Below, in pieces: positions 1 through 9,643 of a stretch of 64,000 bases of DNA (positions are counted from its first letter, which is position 1; every line of letters starts with the position of its first letter). The translations under genes were made by a program, and so were the position numbers. The notes under the pieces are model-generated. The model saw only the letters and a list, made by a program, of their open reading frames with translations, was not told the origin of the DNA and did not search any database. This DNA is from Rubripirellula sp. GTDB taxonomy: Bacteria > Planctomycetota > Planctomycetia > Pirellulales > Pirellulaceae. The stretch is taken from assembly GCA_965216875.1 (NCBI GenBank), contig OZ244207.1:4960001-5024000 (forward strand), given 5' to 3'.

Positions 1-128
1 CTGCCAGTGAAGCGTCTCTTCCCGTTGGTGATTTGCTTTTTGCCAGGGCTCTTCATTTGGACACTCGGTCCAGCATTTATTCAGCTCTTCAAATTGACCG
101 AAACCTTCACTCGTGGCGGCGGGCTTTG

Positions 129-476
129 ATGGCATCTCTCATCGATGAGGAAACGGGGCAAGTCCTTTGGAACGACTTGCTGCTTGCTGATAACTTTGCC
201 CGTCGCGCGGTTGGATTGCTGGGCAAGAAGTCGCTGGAGTCTGATCAAGCGATCCTGATCCGGCCCTGCAGTTCCATCCATACGATCGGAATGCGAATGA
301 CGATCGGCGTCGCGTTCTGTGACGCCGATGGCAACGTCTTGCGAGTCACACCCGCGGTTCGCCCATGGCGCCTTCAATTTGGACCACGAGGCTCGAAATT
401 CGTCATCGAGTGGTCTTCCGACCACTCGCCCATGATCGATGTCGGCCAGCGTGTACGAGTCGTCAATCGTCCCTAG
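129..476 (+). CDS. DUF192 family protein (often near Tad/Flp loci)
   Basis: Motifs ADNFARRAVGLLG, PCSSIHTIGM and VIEW resemble DUF192; ATG at 129 is preferred over TTG at 33. Confidence 0.75.
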   Translation: MASLIDEETGQVLWNDLLLADNFARRAVGLLGKKSLESDQAILIRPCSSIHTIGMRMTIGVAFCDADGNVLRVTPAVRPWRLQFGPRGSKFVIEWSSDHSPMIDVGQRVRVVNRP

Positions 477-480
477 CCAA

Positions 481-590
481 GTTCGTAGTACCGGCTTCAG
501 CCGGAATCGTGCACAAGAGAACAGACAGACTTCCGCCTGAAGGCGGGACTACAAACGACAGCGACCAAATCAGTTCGTAGTACCGCCGGA
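481..590. repeat. GTAG-REP inverted doublet (REPIN, family 1) upstream of RAYT, plus a partial third REP
   Basis: GTAGTACCGGCTTCAGCCGGAA followed by an inverted TTCCGCCTGAAGGCGGGACTAC. Confidence 0.9.
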
Positions 591-676
591 AATTCATTTG
601 ATGTTATTGACACTGAGGTATCGCGTGAGTCCACTGCGCATTCATTGGCGTACAAACGATGAGGGGCAGCCGCATT

Positions 677-1273
677 ATGTACGAATACCGCAAGTGGACC
701 GAAGAACAACAGTCAAACGCGTTACTTGAGCGTGTCGCTCATGGACTTCCGCAGCACAGCCCGCCTCACGTCCCACAACCCCATGCGTTTCGCCTCATTA
801 CCGGCGTTTGTTTTGAACACAAACCCATTCTCCGCTCAGCGCAGAGAATGAACTGGTTCGAGCAAGAACTGCTTCAACATCTCCGTCAGCAGTCTCTCGA
901 CGTCTCAGCATGGGTTGTTCTTCCAAATCACTACCACGTGCTCGTAAAGATCCCGGACATCGAGTTGTTCGCGAAATCGCAGGGCCGGCTTCATGGTCGA
1001 ACATCATTCTTAATCAACAAGGAAGACTGCAAACAGGGTCGCCAGGTTTGGTTTCGGTTCTCTGACCGCGTGATGCGCAGCGAGAGGCACTATTTCACTA
1101 CGCTGAACTACATTCACAACAATCCTGTCAAACACTGTTACGTCGACAAATGGGGTGAGTGGGCGTTTTCGAGCTATCACTGGTATTTGCAAGAGAGGGG
1201 CAGGGCCTGGTTGGTTGATCTTTGGCGTGAATTTCCAGTTCTCAACTACGGCGATACCTGGGACTCCTTGTAG
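677..1273 (+). mobile_element. rayT: REP-associated tyrosine transposase (RAYT, HUH Y1 family)
   Basis: VLPNHYHVL (HUH motif) and YIHNNPVKH (catalytic Tyr); flanked on both sides by GTAG REPs; GAGGGG upstream of ATG 677. Confidence 0.9.
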
Positions 1274-1280
1274 CCCTTGA

Positions 1281-1592
1281 CAGACTTCCGCCTAAAGGCG
1301 GGATTACGAACGGCGGCAGCCAAATCAGTTCGTAGTACCGGCTTTAGCCGGAATCGAGCGCAACAGAACAGACAGACTTCCGCCTGAAGGCGGGATTACG
1401 AACGGCGGCGGCCAAATCAGTTCGTAGTACCGGCTTTAGCCGGAATCGAGCGCAACAGAACAGACAGACTTCCGCCTGAAGGCGGGACTACAAACGGCGG
1501 CGACCAAATCAGTTCGTAGTACCGGCTTCAGCCGGAATCGAACGCAACAGAACAGACAGACTTCCGCCTAAAGGCGGGACTACAAACGGCGG
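1281..1592. repeat. Tandem array of REP doublets (family 1), 92-bp period, about 3.4 units
   Basis: caaatcagttcgtag recurs at 1321, 1413 and 1505; REPs alternate in orientation. Confidence 0.92.
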
Positions 1593-1755
1593 TCAGACTT
1601 CTGGGCTGGGAAAATGTAGCGATTGCGGGCTAAAGTCGGAGCTAAATCGTGCCGATTACAACGGTTGTTCCATGGTCGGACCAATTCCGGTTGATGGTGC
1701 GCCGTTCGGGCAGGCCGCAGCGGGATTCCACAATCATCCGCTCACACGATTGCTC

Positions 1756-3663
1756 ATGATGTCACCCGTACATCAATTCATTCGACTCACCGCTATGCGA
1801 TGCGCCGCGGTGATGCTTGGATTGCTGCCACTCGTAGCGATTGCCCAAGATCGCAGTCGCCTCCCTGAAATCTCAGGGGGTGGCCAACAACCAAACGCAA
1901 GTGCGCCCGCCTCCCGTCTCCAAGCCGGCTTTCCTCGCGAGTTGATCTTGCCGGAACCAAGCCAGGAGGCGAAGGACCGCGCAAGCAGGTTCGTTCCTAC
2001 CACAATCGACCCGGAATTGCCGCTTCGATTGGTGGTGGGCCGTCCCAAAGTGCTGCAACTCGCCGACACGCCAAAGCGGATCTACACCCCCACTGACTCG
2101 ATCATTCGCACCGAAGTGATTGACGAACAAAGTGGCAAAGAGATCGCCGTTACGGGCCTGGAAACGGGAGCGACAACGCTGATTCTTTGGTTCGATGACC
2201 CTACTGCTGATGGTGGACAGGTCTCGATCGCGTACGAAGTCCAAGTGTTTGCTGACCCACTTTACGCTCGTCCAGTCGAAGACATTCAAGGCGAACTGAA
2301 TCAGAAATTCCCCAACAGCTACATCGAACTTGATGAGATCGCCAACCGCTTGATCATTCGGGGTCAGGTGCCCGACGTGATCGAGATGTCGCAAATCCTC
2401 AATGTGTTGCTGGGCACACGCAACAATCGCCGCGGTAATCGTCAAGGACCGCCCGAGCAATCGATCAACATTGACAATGCGAGCCGGTTTGAACGCACAG
2501 GGGCTCGCCTCGACGCCGAGCGTGATAACGAATTCGCAAATCGCCTGATTGACCCGCAAGCGCTCGCTGCCGCCGGCATCATCAATCAACTCAAGGTCGT
2601 TGGCGAACAACAGGTCATGTTGAAAGTGACTGTCGCAGAGGTCAACCGCAGTGCAGCTCGCAGCATTGGTTTGAACTTTGGTGTTGAGAATAGCGCTGGC
2701 GACACCGTCTTTCAAACGCTAACTGGCAATTTGATCCAGAACCTTGGCAACAACAATGCCGGCCAAACCGGTGCCAACATCCTTGCATCGTTTGACATGG
2801 GGCAAGTTCAGTTGGCAATCGAGGCGTTGCGTCAACTGAATCTCTCGCGCACACTCGCAGAGCCAAACCTTGTCACCATGAATGGCGAACCGGCCGACTT
2901 CCAGGCTGGCGGGCAATTCCCAATTCCTGTGATCAGCAGCGGTGGCGTTGGCAACAACCTGCAAGGCGTTTCTTTCGTCCCATTCGGCGTCCAGCTTCAA
3001 TTTACCCCGTTCATCCAAGAACGTGACGTGATTCGGTTGCAGATGAATGCGGAAGTAAGTACACGCGACGAATCGCTCGGCACCAGTATTGGTGGCGGCG
3101 GTGGCGGAACACAGGTATCTGGCCTTAACAGTCGCAACTTTTCAACCACCGTCCAACTTCGTAGCGGACAAACGGTGGCCGTCGCAGGCCTGCTGCAAAC
3201 CAACTACGGTGCAAGTACGGAACGCGTCCCCTTTTGGGGCGATCTTCCGATCATCGGTGCGACCGGTGGGGTTAATCGCTCAAGTAGCGGCGAACAGGAA
3301 CTCGTCATCTTGGTAACGCCGCACTTGGTAGCGCCCGTTGATGCTTGCCAGGGACCGGCGATTCCCGGCGGCGACCTCTACGAGCCAACGGACATCGAAT
3401 TCTACATCTCGAACCGATTAGAAAGCCGACGCTCAAAAGACTATCGCGCATCCGTTCGCACGGACTACGGACGCCAATCACGCGCCGAACATTGCTGCCC
3501 TGAACGATTCTTGATCGGTGACATCGGCCCCACCGATCGTTGCTGCCCGCGACCGTTCTCAGCACCTCACCAAGCCGTCCCCCAAACTCGTCCAAACACG
3601 AGTGCTGGCGGAGCAACCCATCAGCAGTTGAGCGACTACATCGAGGGCCATACTGGTGAATAA
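1756..3663 (+). CDS. cpaC: Tad/Flp pilus secretin (CpaC/RcpA-like)
   Basis: QQVMLKVTVAEV, LAEPNLVTMNGEPADFQAGGQFPIP, VPFWGDLPIIG and ELVILVTPHLV secretin motifs; signal peptide; start uncertain (1672-1795). Confidence 0.85.
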   Translation: MMSPVHQFIRLTAMRCAAVMLGLLPLVAIAQDRSRLPEISGGGQQPNASAPASRLQAGFPRELILPEPSQEAKDRASRFVPTTIDPELPLRLVVGRPKVLQLADTPKRIYTPTDSIIRTEVIDEQSGKEIAVTGLETGATTLILWFDDPTADGGQVSIAYEVQVFADPLYARPVEDIQGELNQKFPNSYIELDEIANRLIIRGQVPDVIEMSQILNVLLGTRNNRRGNRQGPPEQSINIDNASRFERTGARLDAERDNEFANRLIDPQALAAAGIINQLKVVGEQQVMLKVTVAEVNRSAARSIGLNFGVENSAGDTVFQTLTGNLIQNLGNNNAGQTGANILASFDMGQVQLAIEALRQLNLSRTLAEPNLVTMNGEPADFQAGGQFPIPVISSGGVGNNLQGVSFVPFGVQLQFTPFIQERDVIRLQMNAEVSTRDESLGTSIGGGGGGTQVSGLNSRNFSTTVQLRSGQTVAVAGLLQTNYGASTERVPFWGDLPIIGATGGVNRSSSGEQELVILVTPHLVAPVDACQGPAIPGGDLYEPTDIEFYISNRLESRRSKDYRASVRTDYGRQSRAEHCCPERFLIGDIGPTDRCCPRPFSAPHQAVPQTRPNTSAGGATHQQLSDYIEGHTGE

Positions 3664-4219
3664 ACGAATTCAACAAACACACTTTGCGGTCGCGATTGCC
3701 ACCGTCCTTTCCATCGCGGGTTGTTCACATCACAAAGGCGTGCTCAACGTCGACGCATGTGCGGACATCCCTTGTGGAGCCATTCCGGAGCCGCCTGGTT
3801 CAAAGATCTGCGCATGGGAAACGATCCAGGCAACCCAGGCTGCAGCCGATCAATCAGTCCTTTACATCTCAGATTTCGTCGGCACAACGACACAGTTATC
3901 ACCTGCCGCGACCCAGCGAATCGGGCGGCTTGTTCAAGCCGGTGCGGCCGAAAATTTGCCATGGGTCATCGAGTCCTCGGACGACTCGGATCTTGATGCA
4001 ACACGCGCCAATGCGTTAGTCGAAGCACTTGCCGAACTCGGTGTGGCGCCCATCGATGTAACCATCGGAACGCCGGCGGCTCTTGGACTGCGAGGCCCGC
4101 AAGCCGAGCGAATCGCTGGCAACGCTGGCAGAAACCGAAACTCGATCTCCAATTCACGAGCACGTACCGGCGGTCGCAATGGCGGTTTTGGCTTCGGTGG
4201 ATTTGGGAGGGGATTCTAG
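3656..4219 (+). CDS. Lipoprotein of the pilus locus, function unknown
   Basis: Lipobox LSIAGC; overlaps the secretin stop codon. Confidence 0.6.
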   Translation: MNKRIQQTHFAVAIATVLSIAGCSHHKGVLNVDACADIPCGAIPEPPGSKICAWETIQATQAAADQSVLYISDFVGTTTQLSPAATQRIGRLVQAGAAENLPWVIESSDDSDLDATRANALVEALAELGVAPIDVTIGTPAALGLRGPQAERIAGNAGRNRNSISNSRARTGGRNGGFGFGGFGRGF

Positions 4220-4962
4220 TGAGCATGCAAATGACTCTTGCGAAGACGCTCACACTGGCTGGCTGTCTTTGCGTATCGGTCGGAGTCGGATGTCGGAGCA
4301 TCGACAATCCCGTGCGTCCATCGTCATTGCTTTCGCTTGACGCCAAGTCGCCAAGTAATGCACCGCCACTGGACAATCGTTACAACGAACGTCTCGTCTG
4401 TATCAAGACAGCGAAAACGGTCGCCGAAAAAGGTTATTCCGGCGAAGCGATCCAACTCTACGAGAAGGCTGAAAAGCTCGACGCAAGCGAACCGGCACTC
4501 GATCTTGAGTTGGCGCCCCTTTATGCGGAATCTGGCCAATCGGAAAAAGCGATCGCTCGCTACCGCAAGGTGATTGCCGCTGGTAACGCTGCGGCCGATG
4601 TCTACAACAACCTTGCCTGGACACTTCTCGAGAACGGCTTGCACAACGATGCTCTGCAAACATGCCAGCAAGGTTTGGCTCGCTGGGCTGACGACAAGCG
4701 TCTGCAGACGACTAACGCAGTGACTCATTATCACCTTGGCAACCGAGATCAGTCACTCGAAGCCTTCACGAGTCTCTACGGCACTTCCGCAGCGCATCAC
4801 AACCTCGCCATCCTCGACACCGACGCAGGTAACCTTGACATGGCTCTTCGGCATGCCGTCGCCGCTGCGGAGCTTCCCAATTGCGCCACCGAATCGATTG
4901 AGCTTCGCGACTCGCTTCGAACTCAGATCGCTTCGATCCAATCGCAAACGCTCAAACGCTAG
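4219..4962 (+). CDS. TPR-repeat lipoprotein (TadD-like pilotin candidate)
   Basis: VGVGC lipobox; TPR-like helices (YNNLAWTLLE, AHHNLAIL); coupled to the upstream gene. Confidence 0.65.
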   Translation: MSMQMTLAKTLTLAGCLCVSVGVGCRSIDNPVRPSSLLSLDAKSPSNAPPLDNRYNERLVCIKTAKTVAEKGYSGEAIQLYEKAEKLDASEPALDLELAPLYAESGQSEKAIARYRKVIAAGNAAADVYNNLAWTLLENGLHNDALQTCQQGLARWADDKRLQTTNAVTHYHLGNRDQSLEAFTSLYGTSAAHHNLAILDTDAGNLDMALRHAVAAAELPNCATESIELRDSLRTQIASIQSQTLKR

Positions 4963-5018
4963 CCCACCGAGTCGACGAAAACCGCCTACAATGATCGCTT
5001 TCAAAGCGACTGGGTGGC

Positions 5019-5741
5019 GTGTTGGACCGACTCAAGACAATCGTCGAGCAACCTGAAACGAAGTGGGGACGTGCGTTCGCACTCTCGATTCAGTTTCTGA
5101 TCGTCCTTTCGCTCATCACGTTTTCGCTCGAAACACTTCCTGACCTTTCGCCCAAAGTGCGTCTGCTGCTTCGAACAGTGGAAGTGGTCACGGTTGTCAT
5201 TTTCACGGTCGAATACCTGTTGCGACTTTGGGTTGCCGATCATCGGCTGCGTTTTGCCACCAGTTTCTTTGGCATCATCGATCTGTTGGCAATTGCTCCG
5301 TTCTACCTCTCGCTTGGTGTCGACCTCCGCACGGTACGAGCGTTTCGACTGCTACGTCTCTTTCGCATCTTCAAACTCGCTCGTTACAGCCGGGCGGCTC
5401 GACGTTTTCATCGAGCACTGGTGATCGCGAGGGAAGAACTCATCTTGTTCGGGTTTGTCGCGTTGATCGTGGTCTATTTGGCGGCGGTAGGAATCTATTA
5501 CTTCGAACGCGACGCTCAACCTGACAAGTTTGCGTCGGTGATCCACAGTTTGTGGTGGGCTATGGTGACGCTCACAACGGTTGGCTATGGAGATGTTTAT
5601 CCCATCACCGCCGGCGGCAGGTTTTTCACGTTCATCGTGCTGATCGCGGGACTCGGAATCGTGTCCGTCCCCGCAGGACTGCTCGCCTCGGCACTCTCGA
5701 AAGCGCGAGAGTTGGACATGCAAGAGAATGAAGACGCCTAG
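5019..5741 (+). CDS. Voltage-gated potassium channel
   Basis: TTVGYGD selectivity filter; Arg-rich S4 segment RAFRLLRLFRIFKLAR. Confidence 0.9.
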   Translation: MLDRLKTIVEQPETKWGRAFALSIQFLIVLSLITFSLETLPDLSPKVRLLLRTVEVVTVVIFTVEYLLRLWVADHRLRFATSFFGIIDLLAIAPFYLSLGVDLRTVRAFRLLRLFRIFKLARYSRAARRFHRALVIAREELILFGFVALIVVYLAAVGIYYFERDAQPDKFASVIHSLWWAMVTLTTVGYGDVYPITAGGRFFTFIVLIAGLGIVSVPAGLLASALSKARELDMQENEDA

Positions 5742-5762
5742 CAGAACGCGCTGCGTCGACAA

Positions 5763-6815
5763 TCATTCGCCGTCCACCGAAACGCCAGCTTTGGCTGCAC
5801 GTTTTTTCCAGCGATCACGCGCAAACTCTTGCAGGTCGACTTGCAGGTCTTGCTCGTCAACGATTTCGAGTCCTAGCAGTGTTTCGACAACATCCTCGAG
5901 TGTCACGACGCCAACAACGCTGCCGTATTGATCGTTCACCACTGCGATATGTGTCCGGTCCTGCAAGAGCTGTTCGGAAAGCTTAGGAAGTTTCCAGTCC
6001 GCGCCCACTATCAACACTTGGCGACGAAAATCGGCGAGCGTGCGATCGTTTTCGCCACGAGCATGGGCAAGCAAGAGTTCATCCTTGAGCACAAAGCCCG
6101 TGGTGTCATCGAGTTTGCCGTTGTAAACCGGCAACCGCGAAAGTGGAATCACGTCGTGCTCGGCAAACAATTCGCCAACCGTTTTCGATTCGTCAAACGC
6201 CATTGTCACGACGCGCGGCGTCATGATGTCCTTGACACTCAATTCTGGGAATCGGATCAGGGCGTTGAAGATCCCCAATTCGCCTTCATCCAGCGCACCC
6301 TGTTTCGCGCCGATCGCAACGGTCGCGGCGAGCTCCTCGCGTGAAAGCGAATGATGCGACTTGCCGCCAGACAAGATCCGTGTCAGTCGTTCGCTGAACC
6401 ATACCAACGGGTACAACAACAGAATCAACCACTCGACCGTCGTTCCGATCATCGGTCCAAGACGTCGCCAATAGAGGGCACCAATTGTCTTGGGAATGAT
6501 CTCGCTGAAAACCAAAATCAAAAGCGTCAGCACACCACTGACCACTCCCAAGTGGACGCTCTCAAGTGCGATTTTCGCTTGCGCCCCCACGCCAGCAGCA
6601 CCGACGGTGTGAGCGATCGTGTTCAAGCTCAAGATCGCGGCAAGCGGCCGGTCGATGTTGCTTTTGAGTCGGTCGAGTTTGTCAGCAGCAGCGGGTCGTT
6701 TGTCGCGTAGCGTGGCGATAAACGAAGGCGTGATCGACAGCAGCACCGCTTCAGCAATCGAACAATAGAACGAAAAGCCAATAGCGACACAAAGGTAGAC
6801 GATCAACAGAACCAT
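5763..6815 (-). CDS. CNNM (DUF21)-CBS domain protein, CorB/TlyC-like
   Basis: SIAEAVLLS, ILSLNTIAHT, FSEIIPKT, DIMTPR and VTLEDVVE motifs. Confidence 0.88.
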   Translation of the reverse strand: MVLLIVYLCVAIGFSFYCSIAEAVLLSITPSFIATLRDKRPAAADKLDRLKSNIDRPLAAILSLNTIAHTVGAAGVGAQAKIALESVHLGVVSGVLTLLILVFSEIIPKTIGALYWRRLGPMIGTTVEWLILLLYPLVWFSERLTRILSGGKSHHSLSREELAATVAIGAKQGALDEGELGIFNALIRFPELSVKDIMTPRVVTMAFDESKTVGELFAEHDVIPLSRLPVYNGKLDDTTGFVLKDELLLAHARGENDRTLADFRRQVLIVGADWKLPKLSEQLLQDRTHIAVVNDQYGSVVGVVTLEDVVETLLGLEIVDEQDLQVDLQEFARDRWKKRAAKAGVSVDGE

Positions 6816-6945
6816 AATGTTTTTCCCTTACCACCACGATCTCGAGCCAGAGATTCGCCTCAAACACGCCGTCGGCAAATCCACTGGACGGGTGAGTGGA
6901 AATGATACTCGCAGCGGATCGAAAAGCACACGCCGCGTCAAACGC

Positions 6946-6989
6946 AAAAAGGCACGGACGAAGGAGGGGGATGCTCCTTCGTCCGTGCC
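6946..6989 (-). terminator. Rho-independent terminator
   Basis: ggcacggacgaaggag...ctccttcgtccgtgcc hairpin with a T-tract on the minus strand, downstream of the 7019 ORF. Confidence 0.75.
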
Positions 6990-7018
6990 GATGATTCTAC
7001 CTGCTAGACCGCTTCAGC

Positions 7019-7597
7019 TCACTGAGCTGGAATCGGTTGTGGCAAGTCGTCGGTCTTGATTTCGACCGGAGCAGGTGCCGCGTCGAGTTCGCGGTATTCC
7101 ATCGGTGCGCTGGTGTAGGGCGTTGCACCGTCGCAGCAACCCGCGTCGCAACCGGAATCGCAGCAACCCGAACCGCAACCCACTTTCTCGGCATTCCACG
7201 AGTACTTGCACTCAGGGCACTTGTACTTCTTGCTCTTGAGGACCTTGATCGTGCGAGTCTTTGCTCCGTTGTGCACGCAGTTGGTGCAGCCAGCGCCGTC
7301 GCAAGAGTCACAGCTGTCGCAGCAGCCACGAGCCTTTTTCTTTTGCCAAGGGAAGACAACGCGTGGAATGCAAATCACTTTGCACTCGATCTCGAAGCAC
7401 TTCTTCTCGACGTCGACCTGTTCGGCTTCCAGATTGCAGCAGTGGCCGCATGCGGGGCACAAGCCATCACAACCGGTTTGGTTGAGCAGTTTGAAATTCT
7501 TGCCACCTGCTTCGGCGGTGTTGGTCTGGAACACTTGACCGAGAGCAGCGACGACCAGTGCGGCCATCAGCACTCGCGAAATCGTTTTCATTGACAT
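7019..7597 (-). CDS. Exported Cys-rich hypothetical protein
   Basis: Signal peptide ending AEA; many CC/CD clusters; lies downstream of the porin. Confidence 0.7.
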   Translation of the reverse strand: MSMKTISRVLMAALVVAALGQVFQTNTAEAGGKNFKLLNQTGCDGLCPACGHCCNLEAEQVDVEKKCFEIECKVICIPRVVFPWQKKKARGCCDSCDSCDGAGCTNCVHNGAKTRTIKVLKSKKYKCPECKYSWNAEKVGCGSGCCDSGCDAGCCDGATPYTSAPMEYRELDAAPAPVEIKTDDLPQPIPAQ

Positions 7598-7773
7598 GGG
7601 AAACTTCCTTGTAGTTGCCGGCCCCAACTGCAAGGTTCGAAAACCGAATTCTCCAATTCGATGTATCGACCGTTGGGACCAGCCAAAATGATTTGCTTAC
7701 ACTCAATAACAGTCTGTTGAACGCGAGCCGAACCGTTTGCCGAGTCGACTCGCGTCGCATTGAACACATCGGC

Positions 7774-9282
7774 TTAGAAGTCGATCATGGCTCGCAAGCC
7801 ATAGATGTTGTAGTTACCCGATTCGATGCCGGCACCGGCATCGCGGTTTTCGATCTTGCCGGTGATGTAGTTGAACTGCATCCGAGCGTTTGCGGTCCAG
7901 TACCAGTTCGCCCCGAAGGTGAATGCTTCGCCTTCGCCACCAAAGATGTCCTTGTTGCTGTAGTCGGCCTTTGAGTAGCGGCCAGCAATCTGCCATGCAC
8001 CCCAGCCACCGCCGCGGCAACCGTTGCACATGTCAACCAAGAAGAAGTTCTGGAATGGCACGGGACGACCGAGCGTACCGCTCTTGCGGCTCCATGGCAT
8101 GTGTTCGCCGGTCAGGAAGTAGCTGAGGTAGACGTAACCACCATCGAAGCGAGTCGTTGGAAGTGCTTCGCGGTTGACCCAAACGCTTTGGTACTCAGCC
8201 ACAACTTGGACTGCACCGACGTTCACAACACCTTCCAAGCCAATCAAGTCTTGGTAGTCAGCACCTGCGATGCGTCCGGTGTCGATCCAGCGATTGCTCG
8301 AACGACCTTCTGGACGCGTTCGGTAACGAGCTTCGTTGCCGTTTTGCGTACGCTCGGTTGCATCAGCGTGGCTGCCGGAGATCGCCCAGTGAGCGTATCC
8401 GCGACCGCCAGAGATGTCGTCGTACCAAATGGTGTTTGCCAAACGACCGGTGACTTCCAGTTGAAGGTGGTCGTCGATGTAGTTACCAAGCGATTGAACA
8501 TTGCGTTGGTTGTAAACACCGTAACGCCAGTTCCAACGTTGGTCTTTCGAAACGCTATAGGCGGCGATACCGAGACGACGAGCATCTTGGTTGTTCGCTT
8601 CGATCACGAACGGACGCTCGATGAAAACGTTGTATCGTGAACTGTTCAGGTGGTCCAAACCATAAGGACGTTTTTGGTTACCGACCAGGATGGTTTGCAC
8701 CACGGGCAGGTCATTCCATCCCAACCAAACGTCACGAAACTCGCTGCGATTACCGCCAGCGAATTCCATTTCGATTCGGTATTCCATGTTGTCCTTGACC
8801 TTTCCGCGAACGCCAAAACGAACGCGGCGGAAGCCGAGGCGATTCTGTGGATCAAGCGGGTTTCCGCCTGAGTCCTGGTTGAACCGAGAAATGCTCGGAT
8901 CGTTGCCAGTGTCAAATCCCCACGCGTCAGCGTGAACACGACCGACGATCTTCATCGTCGACTTGCTCGTTCCGCTCTTAACGATCGTGGGATCGCTGGC
9001 CTTTTCAGAAACCTTGTCCAGCGAGGTTTCGAAGCTATCCAGTTTGTCGTGGAAACTGGCGAACTTCTCCTCGATGGAAAGTTCCTTTTCCCCTTCCGCC
9101 AAAGCGTTGAAGGAAACTTGTTGGATCTCGCTGTCAGTCTCTACGGTCGATGGAAGACGCAGAGCGCGAAGCAGGGCTGGATCTTCGGCGGCTTGGGTGA
9201 CAGAAAGGTTAGTGAAGGTCGTCGCGGCAATACCGAGCGCGACCAGCAAGGCGCGCCGCGCCTTCTGCGTGATGCGAGTCAT
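7774..9282 (-). CDS. Phosphate-selective porin, OprO/OprP family
   Basis: Signal peptide; FRRVRFGVRG, GNQKRPYGLDHLNSS, SYFLTGEH, GANWYW; C-terminal Phe (IDF). Confidence 0.85.
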   Translation of the reverse strand: MTRITQKARRALLVALGIAATTFTNLSVTQAAEDPALLRALRLPSTVETDSEIQQVSFNALAEGEKELSIEEKFASFHDKLDSFETSLDKVSEKASDPTIVKSGTSKSTMKIVGRVHADAWGFDTGNDPSISRFNQDSGGNPLDPQNRLGFRRVRFGVRGKVKDNMEYRIEMEFAGGNRSEFRDVWLGWNDLPVVQTILVGNQKRPYGLDHLNSSRYNVFIERPFVIEANNQDARRLGIAAYSVSKDQRWNWRYGVYNQRNVQSLGNYIDDHLQLEVTGRLANTIWYDDISGGRGYAHWAISGSHADATERTQNGNEARYRTRPEGRSSNRWIDTGRIAGADYQDLIGLEGVVNVGAVQVVAEYQSVWVNREALPTTRFDGGYVYLSYFLTGEHMPWSRKSGTLGRPVPFQNFFLVDMCNGCRGGGWGAWQIAGRYSKADYSNKDIFGGEGEAFTFGANWYWTANARMQFNYITGKIENRDAGAGIESGNYNIYGLRAMIDF

Positions 9283-9643
9283 GAGAAATCTTCCGTGATC
9301 TCTATGGAATATTTCGATTCCGACCAAGCGAGGGTCGGAGTCGGGCCTCTTGCCCAACATTAAGATGAGGAGAAATCATCCGCCTCGTAAGCACGTTTCG
9401 GAACGCTTGGCAAACGAATCTCATTAAGATTCCTTCATCAAAGGGCATGCCGCAGTGAGCCACCCGGCATAACCGGATCAACCATCGTTACGCGCAATCC
9501 GCGGACATGATGGTAGGAGCAACCGATACAACCCCTACCATCGGATCTGTCACAGTGTGCCCGAACAAGGGAACCTTGGCTAAGCTAGGGGCGAGAATTT
9601 TGAAGATTTGATTCATGCGTGGGCCCGCAAAAGGCGATAGCGA

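Noticed and set aside
1281..1592. Possible CRISPR array
   Set aside because: The spacers are near-identical, the repeats alternate in orientation, there are no cas genes, and the neighbour is a RAYT; this is a REP array
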